Positions 9,540-19,816 of a DNA stretch of 64,000 nucleotides are shown here, in pieces. Numbering within the stretch: the stretch's first letter is position 1; every line of letters begins with the position of its first letter. The notes under the pieces are model-generated. The model saw only the letters and a list, made by a program, of their open reading frames with translations. It was not told the DNA's origin and made no database searches. A program made the translations under genes and the position numbers. Origin of the DNA: Candidatus Omnitrophota bacterium (GTDB lineage Bacteria > Omnitrophota > Gorgyraeia > 2-01-FULL-45-10); assembly GCA_026387175.1 (NCBI GenBank), contig JAPLME010000006.1:108078-172077 (forward strand), in the 5' to 3' direction.

Positions 9540-10302
9540 GCGTCCCCCTATCATTCTTCATCTTTGCGAATATCCTGTTGACTTCAACCAGATCCGACGG
9601 CGTATCGACACTGTAGGTGCGATGTTTCGTCACAACCCCTTTAAGCTTATGCCCGTTCTCCAACACCCTCAAGAGTTCTATCCCTTCGATTATCTCGAGA
9701 GGCGTCTGCTTCATGGCCGCAAAACGCAGAAGATAATCCCGCCTGAATGCGTAAAGCCCGATCTGTTTGTATACGCAGTAATTCTTCCTTGCTTTAGGAT
9801 ACGGTATAGGAGCCCTGCTCATGAACATTATGTTCGCGTTGACATCCATCACGACCTTAACGTTCATCAGGTCTACAAGATCTGCAGGATCTGTTATCCT
9901 GCCGGCTAATGTGACAACATTCACCGCGCGGTCATCCATAAGAGGCCCGGCCGCCTGCGATATCATCTCCGGGTCGAGCAAGGGTTCATCACCCTGAACG
10001 TTGACTATGATGTCCGCCCCGCGTTTCTCTGCGACTTCGGCGATCCGGTCTGTGCCTGTCTGGTGCCGAGAAGACGTCATGACCGCTTTGCCGCCGAAAC
10101 CTTCAACGCACAATAGTATACGTTCATCGTCAGTGGCGACAACTACCTCATCAACTATCTTCGACTTGACGGCGCGATTATATACATGGTAGATCATCGG
10201 TTTACCCGCTATCATCGCCAAAGGTTTTCCTTCGAATCTGGTCGAGGCATAGCGCGCAGGTATGACCACTAAAACCTTCTGTCCAATACCGGTTCTCTTC
10301 AT
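9532..10302 (-). CDS. kdsB: 3-deoxy-manno-octulosonate cytidylyltransferase (KdsB/KpsU family)
   Basis: IPARYASTRFEGKPL, TGTDR, NVQGDEP, VKVV, SRAPIP, VDTPSDL. Confidence 0.85.
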   Translation of the reverse strand: MKRTGIGQKVLVVIPARYASTRFEGKPLAMIAGKPMIYHVYNRAVKSKIVDEVVVATDDERILLCVEGFGGKAVMTSSRHQTGTDRIAEVAEKRGADIIVNVQGDEPLLDPEMISQAAGPLMDDRAVNVVTLAGRITDPADLVDLMNVKVVMDVNANIMFMSRAPIPYPKARKNYCVYKQIGLYAFRRDYLLRFAAMKQTPLEIIEGIELLRVLENGHKLKGVVTKHRTYSVDTPSDLVEVNRIFAKMKNDRGTHE

Positions 10303-10352
10303 AATGGTTTCCCTTTTATTGTCGTGACACTAAATGAACATAACCGGCCTCT

Positions 10353-12230
10353 TTATGATCGGGCCAGCAGCTCTACCGCTTTCCCCGCAATCCTGTCCGA
10401 CGCCATACCGTCCGTTTTATAAAAACACTTGCGCAAGACCAGATCTTTAAGCTTTTCATCGGGCCTTAATGAGTCGGGATCTTCCAGTAATCTCCTGAAC
10501 TCCCGCCTCAGGCTCTCTACAGAATATGCGCTTGGGACTACACCAATATCTCTGAACACAGAGCCATTAAAACCATTAGCCTGCCACCGCACGACCGGTA
10601 TGCCTCTCAAGAACGCCTCTTCTCCGACAGTGGAGTATGTGAATAGAAGAAGGTCCGCGGAGTTAAGGTCTTCTTCAAGCGAAACATTGGATAAAGTAAA
10701 AGCATCTCTGTACCGTTTGTATGCGGGCATCTCCTCCATCTTGGCAAAGGGATGGCTTCGCAGGAATAAACGTATTCTCAGTCCCTCGCTCGCAAGCGGC
10801 GCAGCACGTACCATCTCGAAATCAAGCCGCACATTGAGCGTCGAAACTAAAAGGACTTTTGCCGGATCCGACGCTTTGCCTGATCGAGGTTTATTTCCGG
10901 CATTCTCCATATGATCAAAACGAGCGGATCCCGTCATGAATATCTTTTCGGCGGAAATACCGTTCTCAAGCAGGATATCCCTGCACAATTCTCCCATCAC
11001 GAAAAATCTATCGGGAGACGGCATCGCCTTTCCATCCGGCTTGCCGCTGAATTCCATCTCAGGATCTGCAAGTATAAATGTCTTCTCCCGGGCATAGCTT
11101 GCATGCTGCATATCACATTTTACGGTCGCGGGGCTTCCAAGAATAGCGCCCTGGTTAAAAGCCCTCGCCGACAGATAGAGCTCAAGAAAAGAAAACGATA
11201 CCTTGGGTTTATAAAAAGCGAATGCTCTTTTAAAAGCGGTCTCCATCAAATAATTATGCGGTAAAGAGGAGTCGCAGAACCCATAAGCCAATTTATTGCG
11301 AAAAAGCGGCATCATATCACAGCCGTCTTCCTTAAAGATAGCCTTGAACTCATCGGAACGGCTGAAACGAAGATACCTATAAGCAGGCCGCATGTCAAAA
11401 ACCAGGGAGGGTATATCCATCATCCTTAGAAACTTTTGTACAAAGATAAACTCGGCGTCTACGGTAGCGGATCCAAGGGCATCGATCGCTGATCTGCACC
11501 CTGGGGCATCTCCCGACTTCCGACCTACCCATAAAAACCATGCGCACTTAGCTCCCTTGCCGCGAAGCTTGTCGGGAAGCGCTTTAAAATATTTATCGTC
11601 TGCCTTGCCTGTACTGTCATCTATCTTGAGGCTCCAGCCCCAGAAACCTTGAAACACAATATTGGGCTCTGCGATAGGCACAATGGCGATCCGTTTCATA
11701 TAATGATATGCGCGTAAAGAATCGAATAAATATTTTATCCGCGAAAGAGTCGCCCGTATCAAACTGGTTCCTCTTTCAAATTGGCATTGCATTCCGGTGG
11801 TTTTATATTTCGTCTTCAATACGCTAATGACTTCTACCGGGGCGCCATATATCACGATCTCATAGGCCCCCTCCCTATCAGCTACGTACATGGCCGTGAA
11901 GATCTGCAGGAGCCTGTTAAATGTGTCATCGCGTTCAACCTGCTTTTCGCTCACCGCGTGATACCACCATGGATTGCCGCAACCGGGGATCTCAAGGGCC
12001 TGACGCAATGTTTTTCCATGACATGGCGTTGCCGCGATACGGGAGACTATATCAACGTATTTCTTGCGTGTATTTTCCCGGATCGCATCCATCTCCTTCC
12101 TGCCGAAAAAGAACCGCTGGAAACGCGAAGCCGCCCTGTATTCTTCGTCCGGCGGCATAAAGCTCAATACCGCCTCGCCGGAGACGGGGGAAATAGAGCT
12201 GTCTTTATAAAGAATGTATAATCTTTTCAC
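10353..12230 (-). CDS. Surface-carbohydrate biosynthesis protein, GT-B-like (candidate ulosonate transferase); GTG start at 12230
   Basis: MQHAS, PDRFFVMG, TGSARF, RSHP, YSTVGEEA..GIP motifs; cluster context. Confidence 0.55.
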   Translation of the reverse strand: MKRLYILYKDSSISPVSGEAVLSFMPPDEEYRAASRFQRFFFGRKEMDAIRENTRKKYVDIVSRIAATPCHGKTLRQALEIPGCGNPWWYHAVSEKQVERDDTFNRLLQIFTAMYVADREGAYEIVIYGAPVEVISVLKTKYKTTGMQCQFERGTSLIRATLSRIKYLFDSLRAYHYMKRIAIVPIAEPNIVFQGFWGWSLKIDDSTGKADDKYFKALPDKLRGKGAKCAWFLWVGRKSGDAPGCRSAIDALGSATVDAEFIFVQKFLRMMDIPSLVFDMRPAYRYLRFSRSDEFKAIFKEDGCDMMPLFRNKLAYGFCDSSLPHNYLMETAFKRAFAFYKPKVSFSFLELYLSARAFNQGAILGSPATVKCDMQHASYAREKTFILADPEMEFSGKPDGKAMPSPDRFFVMGELCRDILLENGISAEKIFMTGSARFDHMENAGNKPRSGKASDPAKVLLVSTLNVRLDFEMVRAAPLASEGLRIRLFLRSHPFAKMEEMPAYKRYRDAFTLSNVSLEEDLNSADLLLFTYSTVGEEAFLRGIPVVRWQANGFNGSVFRDIGVVPSAYSVESLRREFRRLLEDPDSLRPDEKLKDLVLRKCFYKTDGMASDRIAGKAVELLARS

Positions 12231-12258
12231 TATTTTTCCGATCCACTTAACATTTGCA

Positions 12259-13020
12259 TTAAAGAAGCGGGCTTTTGAACAACATGCATTCGCCCACATT
12301 TGGATTAAAGTAGCCCGGCTCTACCGAACGCTTAGTAACAGAGACGAGTTTGTAAGGGGCCATCCAGCTGCCGTATGTTTCCACACTGCGGGCCCTGCTT
12401 ATGAACGAATCACCATCCGTAACATTCTTAGTAGTAAAGTTATCCTCTGCCTTCTCGATCAGCAGGATATGCCCCTTAGGGGCTATCCGCTTTATCTCTT
12501 CCAAGACTGCCTTGCACAGGTCATCCGTAAGATGCTGAAGGACTGTGCAAGTCATCACAAAATCGAACTGGCATTTACCGAAACCTGAAAGCTTGTCCAA
12601 CGAATCAATTTTGCAAAAATCTATGGCGGGCAGCAGCTCTTTGGCTATATCGACCAGGTGCTGCTCCCGCTCAAAACCGACCACTCTCTTGGCATACTCT
12701 TCCATCACCATGATAAGCCGTCCGTAGCCGCACCCGACTTCGCACGCTGAATTGATCGGATATTCCTTGTCGATCCTGTCAAGGATCGAACGTATAGCCT
12801 TTCTCTCCTTGTAGTCTCGGATATTCGCGAAAGGACCTACGGCGTCGCTCACCATATCCACCGTCCATACAAGGCGGGATCTCTTGTCCAGCAGCTTGCC
12901 CCACGTCTTCCTGCGAACCTTCACCAATATAGACTTAAGAAGCACGCTCATTGGCAGCGCTGTGGTATCGAAACATTTCAGCTGCATTTTCTGGAAATAC
13001 TTAAGTTCGTTCAGGTTCAT
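12259..13020 (-). CDS. Class I SAM-dependent methyltransferase
   Basis: EVGCGYGR, FDFV..TVLQHL. Confidence 0.8.
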   Translation of the reverse strand: MNLNELKYFQKMQLKCFDTTALPMSVLLKSILVKVRRKTWGKLLDKRSRLVWTVDMVSDAVGPFANIRDYKERKAIRSILDRIDKEYPINSACEVGCGYGRLIMVMEEYAKRVVGFEREQHLVDIAKELLPAIDFCKIDSLDKLSGFGKCQFDFVMTCTVLQHLTDDLCKAVLEEIKRIAPKGHILLIEKAEDNFTTKNVTDGDSFISRARSVETYGSWMAPYKLVSVTKRSVEPGYFNPNVGECMLFKSPLL

Positions 13021-13048
13021 TTAATACCCTTTCTCTGCTTCTGGAGCG

Positions 13049-13843
13049 TTATTTTATAATGAAACATCCGCCCATAGGAAGCTCGTAGCATAAATAACAT
13101 TTATTTTCCGACAAGAACGTGTCAACGGCTTTCTTAGATCCCGGGAACTTCGTGAATCCGTAATCATCTACGACTATGCACCCTCCGGCAACGATCCTCG
13201 GAAAGAAAAATCTCAGGCTGTCCAGGGTAGGCTGGTACAGGTCCACATCTATATGTACAAACGAGAAAGCATGACCTTCGACCTCTTTGAACCGTTCCGG
13301 TATCCACCCTTTATATAACTTCACAAACTTAAAATCAGACAACACCTTCCGAACCTCATCTTCCGTAGAGCCGAACATCATCTTCTCCTGTGCAACCTCT
13401 TTCGCAGACAATGCAAATCTTTCGTTTTCATCTTCCGGCGTCTTATCCGAAAGCCCATTCTCAAAAGAGTCAAAAACATGGAAAGAAGCCCTGAAATTAT
13501 TGTCCGAGAGAATTTTCGAAATGATATACGTCGAATGTCCCCTCCAGCATCCGCATTCTGCGAAGTCGCCGCCCAGCTCTTTCCCCAGCACCCACCCGGC
13601 CATCTCCTGCAGGCCATAGAACCTGCATTGCTTGGAGAAGTTGTCGGTCCATTCGCCCTTGGTCCGCTTCAATCCGTCATAGTACAACCGCACCCTGCCA
13701 TTATTATTATAAAATGAAGATAACATATTCCTATCGAAGAAGACCATGTCGCTCTTATCCCTTTTCCGGGCGAAATATGCTTTAACTCCCGCCAAGTCAA
13801 ATAATGCCTCCATGCCGGCCTTCACAGATCGCTTGATTTTCAT
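13049..13843 (-). CDS. TylF/MycF/NovP-family O-methyltransferase
   Basis: GDFAECGCWRG, FDSFE, KGW, HIDVDLY, GGCIVVDDY. Confidence 0.88.
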   Translation of the reverse strand: MKIKRSVKAGMEALFDLAGVKAYFARKRDKSDMVFFDRNMLSSFYNNNGRVRLYYDGLKRTKGEWTDNFSKQCRFYGLQEMAGWVLGKELGGDFAECGCWRGHSTYIISKILSDNNFRASFHVFDSFENGLSDKTPEDENERFALSAKEVAQEKMMFGSTEDEVRKVLSDFKFVKLYKGWIPERFKEVEGHAFSFVHIDVDLYQPTLDSLRFFFPRIVAGGCIVVDDYGFTKFPGSKKAVDTFLSENKCYLCYELPMGGCFIIK

Positions 13844-13875
13844 ATTATCCCTGATCCTATTTTATAACCTTAAAA

Positions 13876-15333
13876 TCAATACCTGTTCCATACTATTTTC
13901 ACCACGTACTGTTTGAGCCGCCTGCCGACCTTATTATTGAACGCGGACTTCACGGCGGTGCCGAACCAACTCTTCCACACTGCATCCATCAAAGTCCATA
14001 TATAGTATTTAATCCTATCCTTACCGCCCTTCTCTTTCATTATAAGTCGAACCCAGTTATCATGATAGTACCCGATCTTTTCCTTGGAGAGAGCCGGCAA
14101 GTCAAGGATCGAATCCTTCCTCTCTTCGAAACCATGTTTATCGGGTATGCCGGCAGGCATGAAACCTTTTTCCTCGCATACAGACCTGAGGACCGTACCC
14201 TTATAAGGATAGAATATATTTATGCCGTATGTGGATATCGACGGAAGACCTGCCATAGTCTTTATAGAATCATCTATCATCTCCGCAGTTTCAAAGGGAA
14301 GGCCTATTATGCATGACACCATAGTATTGATTCCGTGCCTGTGGCAGGTCTCGAAAGACTTCACAAGCACCTCTCTAGATATATTCCGTTTCATCACTTC
14401 GTTCCGGATGTAATCATTGCCCGACTCAACGCTCATCATAAGCGTCTTGCAGCCCGCTCGCTTCAATGACGCACAAACGTCATCATTGATGTGATTGGAG
14501 CGGGCCGTACACCAGAAAGGTCTTCTGATGGTCTTCTCATAAATAGCACAGAATTCCGTGATCCACCGTTTGTCGGACAGGAAAAGGTCATCCTGGAAAC
14601 ATAGAAGCTTATCGTTCTGTATCCTGTATTTTGTCAGGGTAGACGTTATCTCGCGCATCACGCTTTCAACGGTCCTGTAGCGCATGCGGTTCGTCGCCAT
14701 GCCGTATACTTTTCCGAGCGCCTCATTCGAACAGAATGTGCAACGATACGGACACCCTCTGTTAAAATGGAACAGGGCTACGTTCTGCCGGTCGATGATA
14801 TCCTGATACGGGAAGAGCTCGGTCGCCGGAAATGGCAAGGCGTCGAGATCGGCCATAAGCGGCGCGAGCTGATTCTTCACTATCCCGCCTGAGACCGAGT
14901 CCCTGTACGCGAGGTTTGGCACACTGCGCCACTCATCACCCTTTTCCAGTTTCGAGACGAGATCTAAAAGCGAGAACTCGCCTTCACCCATAATGACAGC
15001 ATCGAGCGGGCTCGCTTCTTCGATCACCACTTCAGGGAATAAGGTGGTAAAGACGCCGCCGCATACGACCAGACACGGATAGGCGCTCTTAATGCGCCGC
15101 GCGAGATCCCTTACATAAGGAAACTGGGTCTCGACAGCGGTGAATCCGACCACTGCAGGCTTGCGCGCCTTTATACCATCAAGAACACTTCCGATCTTCT
15201 TTACGCTATCTATGTAATTTATCCTGACTTCATGCCCGTTCGCCTTGAGCACGGCGCCTATCGACGCAAGGCCCGGATGATACGGCAGGCCGTGAAACGA
15301 TGACACATCCGGATATATCAACTCAACCTTCAT
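13876..15333 (-). CDS. Cobalamin-binding radical SAM enzyme
   Basis: HPGLASIGAVLKANGH, GGVFTT, GEGE, RGCPYRCTFC, DD, VESG. Confidence 0.9.
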   Translation of the reverse strand: MKVELIYPDVSSFHGLPYHPGLASIGAVLKANGHEVRINYIDSVKKIGSVLDGIKARKPAVVGFTAVETQFPYVRDLARRIKSAYPCLVVCGGVFTTLFPEVVIEEASPLDAVIMGEGEFSLLDLVSKLEKGDEWRSVPNLAYRDSVSGGIVKNQLAPLMADLDALPFPATELFPYQDIIDRQNVALFHFNRGCPYRCTFCSNEALGKVYGMATNRMRYRTVESVMREITSTLTKYRIQNDKLLCFQDDLFLSDKRWITEFCAIYEKTIRRPFWCTARSNHINDDVCASLKRAGCKTLMMSVESGNDYIRNEVMKRNISREVLVKSFETCHRHGINTMVSCIIGLPFETAEMIDDSIKTMAGLPSISTYGINIFYPYKGTVLRSVCEEKGFMPAGIPDKHGFEERKDSILDLPALSKEKIGYYHDNWVRLIMKEKGGKDRIKYYIWTLMDAVWKSWFGTAVKSAFNNKVGRRLKQYVVKIVWNRY

Positions 15334-15342
15334 GCCGTTCCC

Positions 15343-17130
15343 TTACTTAGATGCGTTAAACTGAGTTTCATACAATCTTCTGTAAACCCCGTTCTTCGAC
15401 ATAAGCTCCGCGTGGCTCCCACCCTCGACGACATTGCCGTTGTCAAGCACCACAATGTTATCGGAGCCTTGTATTGTAGAGAATCTATGCGCTATAAGAA
15501 TGACCGTCCTGTTCTTGGCAAGCTTATCTATCGCGTTCTGTATCTGCCTTTCGGTCTCACTATCGAGATGGCTCGTCGCCTCATCGAAGATCAGTATCTC
15601 GGGGTTCTGCATGATAGCTCTCGCTATCGATATCCTCTGTCTCTGGCCTCCAGAAAGCTTTACCCCGCGTTCTCCGAGTATCGTATCATATCCCTCAGGA
15701 AGGCTTTCCAGATACCTGTCGATCTCCGCGATCCGGGCGGCCTTCCTCACCTCTTCATCCGATGCATCGCGGCGACCGAAAGCTATATTTTCTCTTGCAG
15801 ACGCATTGAATATGAATACGTCCTGCGAAACCAGGCCGATCCTGGTCCTCCATGAATAGAGGTCGATATCCCTGAGATCCGATCCGTCAACCTCTATCCT
15901 GCCTTCGGTGATCTCATAAAATCCTAAAACTAGATTGATCATCGTCGTCTTGCCAATACCTGAAGAGCCGACTATCGCAGTCATCTTGCCTTTAGGAATT
16001 ACGAGCGAAATCCCTTTCAGTATATCCTTTTCGTCCGAATACCCGAAACGTACATTATTGAACCTTATACCTTCCTTAAGAGCCTCAAAGCGTTGCATCC
16101 CCGGCCTTTCAAAAGTCACCTCCATTGCCTTGTTGAAATTTTCATAGGAATCGAACGAGCCCAGATAACCGGCTGCCTCGGCCCTGCGGTCCTGAAAACT
16201 GCCGAGATCCGTCAATACATTTTTCGATACGTAAAGGTAAGCTACAAGATAGGGTATCACCTTCACGAGATCCAGCCGTGCGACCCTTATAAACAGAAGG
16301 AAGAGCGTCAGAAACACTCCCAAGAACGCAACCTGCGTAATCGGCAATAATAATTCCGACTTTTTCAGGATGGAGTAATTATATTCGTAGCACTTATCCG
16401 CGATCTCCTTAAATCTTCTCCGCTCACGATCGCCGTCCGAGAATATGCGAATGACACGTATCCCGTTTATGATCTCAAGGACGGTGAAGTTAAAATCGGC
16501 TATGGCCCTGTTCACGGATGCGCCCAGCGCCCTTATCGATTTGACGGTCATGCCCAGGGGGATCCTGACCACCGCGAATACTAAAAGGGCGGCTACGGTC
16601 CATTGCCATGATATGAAAAATAGTATCATGACATTAACAATCAGTCTGGCGGCCATCGCGAAAATACGAAGTGCGCAGTTTATAAAATTACCTATCCTAG
16701 TCGTCTCATTATAAAGGCTATTGACGATATAGCCCGTTTTCGTTGAATCGTAGAACTTCATCCCCGAACGCATCAATTTATCGAAAAGATCCAGCTGCAG
16801 GTCCCTGGTGATCAGAAAGCGCTGCTTACTGATCGCGACGTTCCCGAAATAAAAGGCCACGTGTTTCGCCCCGAAAGAGATAATATATACGAGGAGGAGA
16901 AGCGATAAGATATCGGTCCTCGCCCAGCCCTTGAAGATGCTATCCAACCCGCTCAATAAAGGTATACCGGAAAAGATCGAATTGCTTCCTATCACACCCT
17001 GGAGTATCGGGAATAGCAATCCGATATTAAACATCTCAAGGAACGAGCCAAAGACTACGAATAAGAATATAGAGACGGAAAGGAGGTAGTATTTTTTAAG
17101 ATAATATATGACCCGTTCTGTCCTATTCAT
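15343..17130 (-). CDS. ABC transporter permease/ATPase fusion (MsbA/PglK-like glycan or lipid-linked exporter)
   Basis: N-terminal TM domain; Walker A GSSGIGKT, LSGGQ, DEATSHLD, IAHR. Confidence 0.9.
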   Translation of the reverse strand: MNRTERVIYYLKKYYLLSVSIFLFVVFGSFLEMFNIGLLFPILQGVIGSNSIFSGIPLLSGLDSIFKGWARTDILSLLLLVYIISFGAKHVAFYFGNVAISKQRFLITRDLQLDLFDKLMRSGMKFYDSTKTGYIVNSLYNETTRIGNFINCALRIFAMAARLIVNVMILFFISWQWTVAALLVFAVVRIPLGMTVKSIRALGASVNRAIADFNFTVLEIINGIRVIRIFSDGDRERRRFKEIADKCYEYNYSILKKSELLLPITQVAFLGVFLTLFLLFIRVARLDLVKVIPYLVAYLYVSKNVLTDLGSFQDRRAEAAGYLGSFDSYENFNKAMEVTFERPGMQRFEALKEGIRFNNVRFGYSDEKDILKGISLVIPKGKMTAIVGSSGIGKTTMINLVLGFYEITEGRIEVDGSDLRDIDLYSWRTRIGLVSQDVFIFNASARENIAFGRRDASDEEVRKAARIAEIDRYLESLPEGYDTILGERGVKLSGGQRQRISIARAIMQNPEILIFDEATSHLDSETERQIQNAIDKLAKNRTVILIAHRFSTIQGSDNIVVLDNGNVVEGGSHAELMSKNGVYRRLYETQFNASK

Positions 17131-17132
17131 AT

Positions 17133-18635
17133 TTAAGTCCTCACCAGCTTCGACAGCATCCTCTTCACGCCCATCGGAAGATACGGCGCTATCGCGCTCC
17201 TGACATTTTGTATCAACGCATACAACGGATAATATTTAGAGTTCCGTCTTGAGTAATGGTCAAGCCTCGTCTCTTTCCGGATCAGATCGGCCCAGCGGCG
17301 CCATTCATTATCATGCGCGGAGGTGAGGTTGACGATAGGCTGCCCGCCGTATTCAGCTACCATATCGAGATACTTCTCAACATCCTTAATCAACCCGGAA
17401 TCTTCGACGCGTCCCCATACAGGCGTCCCCGGCAGAGGCATCAGATAATTGAGCGAATAGTAATGGGCGCCTATCTCTTTCAGAAATTCTATCGTCTCTA
17501 AGATGGTTGCGTGCGTCTCCGATGGAGAGCCTATCACAATCTGTACGACGCTGAATAGGCCTATATCTCTCGTTGTCAGCAACGTGACTTCTTTATTTTG
17601 CCGGCGCGTTATCCCTTTCCGGTATTCCGACAGTATCCGATCCGATCCGGATTCCTGTCCGTACTCGATCTTTATGCAGCCCGTTTCCTTCAGCCGCCTC
17701 AGCAGGCTGGCGTTCACCCTATCGACCCGCGCGCCGGCTATCGTGTAAAACACTTCCAGTTTTTCTCTCTCAAGGGCGTCGCAGAATTCGCGGACCCATT
17801 CGGGCTTCGAATTGAACAGCTCATCCGCTATCAGGAAACCGTCAACACCATACATGTCTTTTAGGTATTTCATGTGCCTGATGACATAGTCTGTGCTGTG
17901 CTGCCTGATGCCGCGCATGTGCCTGTAACAGAAACTGCATCTGTGGGTGCATCCCCTCGCGGTCACGATAGACACATAGGACCTGCCTTCTCCCACGCGC
18001 TCTTTGATCTCGGCATAAAGCGGATTCTCGGCTATCATGCCGCTGTACGCCTTAAAGAGGTCGGTGGTAGAATCAAAGTATCTCTTCAGGTCCACGAGGT
18101 GGTATGCCGGGAACGGTATCGTGTCAAGATATGCGACCTGCTCCGCATCCTGATTCTTTAAAACCTTATCGCCGTTCCTGTATGAGATACCCGGCACGCC
18201 TTCTAACAGCTTCCCGTATGCGATCTTATCCAAAAATACCGGCAAGCTCGCTTCGGTCTCGCCATGAAACACTACGCCGATAGCTGTCTTATTGAGCAAA
18301 AGTCCTGAAACGGATGCAAGCGGCCCGCCGGCTATCTGTATTATACTATTAAACCTTTCCTTAACGGCAAGAGATATCTTCTTGGTCCTCCCGAAAGAGG
18401 TTGCGATACCTCCGTACCCTATAACTGACGGCTTAAAATCATCGATTGCTTTGAATATGCCGCTAAAATCGCCGCTATCCATAACCGTGAGCTCAAGATC
18501 ATCGATATGAGGGTCCAATATCTTCGCCCGGTGTCCAGCACGCTCGATGATCGAGGCTGCATAGAGAAGACCCAGCGGCAGCATCAACCCTCCCGGACCC
18601 CTTCTCGATGGTACATTTATGAGCAGTATATTCAT
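17133..18635 (-). CDS. Cobalamin-binding radical SAM enzyme
   Basis: PLGLLYAASII..AGH, GGP, GETE, TARGCTHRCSFC, GQESG. Confidence 0.9.
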   Translation of the reverse strand: MNILLINVPSRRGPGGLMLPLGLLYAASIIERAGHRAKILDPHIDDLELTVMDSGDFSGIFKAIDDFKPSVIGYGGIATSFGRTKKISLAVKERFNSIIQIAGGPLASVSGLLLNKTAIGVVFHGETEASLPVFLDKIAYGKLLEGVPGISYRNGDKVLKNQDAEQVAYLDTIPFPAYHLVDLKRYFDSTTDLFKAYSGMIAENPLYAEIKERVGEGRSYVSIVTARGCTHRCSFCYRHMRGIRQHSTDYVIRHMKYLKDMYGVDGFLIADELFNSKPEWVREFCDALEREKLEVFYTIAGARVDRVNASLLRRLKETGCIKIEYGQESGSDRILSEYRKGITRRQNKEVTLLTTRDIGLFSVVQIVIGSPSETHATILETIEFLKEIGAHYYSLNYLMPLPGTPVWGRVEDSGLIKDVEKYLDMVAEYGGQPIVNLTSAHDNEWRRWADLIRKETRLDHYSRRNSKYYPLYALIQNVRSAIAPYLPMGVKRMLSKLVRT

Positions 18636-18637
18636 CG

Positions 18638-19816
18638 TTATCCAAATTCCTTCACGTTATCCGAAAATATCTGCCAGAATAACCGATCTCCGGAATTCGG
18701 AATTTTTATATATGACTCCGCATACCGTCCATATACCCTGCCATCGATGGCGAGCTCCTTCTCCAGGTCGATTTCAAAACCATCGTTCAAGTTTATCGGA
18801 TTCTTTTCAAAGATCGACGCTATCCGTTCTATGAGCCTTCCCTGCGGGCTCCTCTTCAGATCATCCGTCGTTATGAATATTATCGGTTTCCCGTAGAGGA
18901 CTGCAAAGTTGATGGATGAGCTGTTATGCGCCATAACGAAACGTGACTTCTTCACTAGCTCGATCGTCCTTCCTTTGATGACCGGCCGATCCCCGAAATA
19001 GCCCGGGTGGTCTTCGTATCTCGATCGCGGATGAGCCGCGACAGTTATCTTTATGCCCAATCTATTTTCAAGATGGTCGAAGAAATCACGCAAAAGCGGA
19101 AAATATTCTTCGGCCGTAGAGTACGGTTTTTCATTCCGTATTATATATTCCGGATGAAAACAAACATCCTCATCCAGGAATACTCCCGTCATGCTATCCG
19201 TCGAAATGTTCGCCTTTCCCTCCCTGAGATAGATATCGTAATCGAGCGTATGGATCGGGATCGTCTTCGTGCTATTGTCTCTAGGGTAGAACCTTCCGAA
19301 ATGGACCGATCCGCTCCCGCCCGCCAGGAACATGGCTGCCGGGCGGACCCCTATCAATTTATGCGGAATTCGTAGAAACAGACTGTTCAGCATTCTTCCG
19401 AAACCGCCTTTGTCAAATACGCGGGATATCCTCGGCATGATCGCGCTGTCATTGACCAGGGGTATCGCATTTGCCCCGAACATGCAATACCGTATGTTAT
19501 TGTTCGAAAGCGCCCTGAAGATCGCATATGAGATCAGGCTGTAAGAGATCATACAGACGATCATGCATTCATCCTTATCGATCCGGGAGATCGCGTAACT
19601 CGCTCTCTTCAATGTATTAAACAGTTTGTGGCCGTCCCGATCGCCGGGATCCTCAGCTTTTACATTTCCATGAAGATCGGGATGCAGGAATGGCGTAAAA
19701 TCCCACGCTTCGACCTCAAATCCGTTCTTTCGTATGATATCTACGCCGAACCTCTCGTAGTCGCGCCGGCAAAATGGGGATTCCACGAAGAATATTATCT
19801 TTTTTACTTTAGGCAT
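18638..19816 (-). CDS. Polysaccharide biosynthesis protein, GT-B-like (candidate ulosonate transferase)
   Basis: VFLDE, AAHPR, HNSSS..AVLYGKP motifs reminiscent of CMP-ulosonate transferases. Confidence 0.5.
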   Translation of the reverse strand: MPKVKKIIFFVESPFCRRDYERFGVDIIRKNGFEVEAWDFTPFLHPDLHGNVKAEDPGDRDGHKLFNTLKRASYAISRIDKDECMIVCMISYSLISYAIFRALSNNNIRYCMFGANAIPLVNDSAIMPRISRVFDKGGFGRMLNSLFLRIPHKLIGVRPAAMFLAGGSGSVHFGRFYPRDNSTKTIPIHTLDYDIYLREGKANISTDSMTGVFLDEDVCFHPEYIIRNEKPYSTAEEYFPLLRDFFDHLENRLGIKITVAAHPRSRYEDHPGYFGDRPVIKGRTIELVKKSRFVMAHNSSSINFAVLYGKPIIFITTDDLKRSPQGRLIERIASIFEKNPINLNDGFEIDLEKELAIDGRVYGRYAESYIKIPNSGDRLFWQIFSDNVKEFG

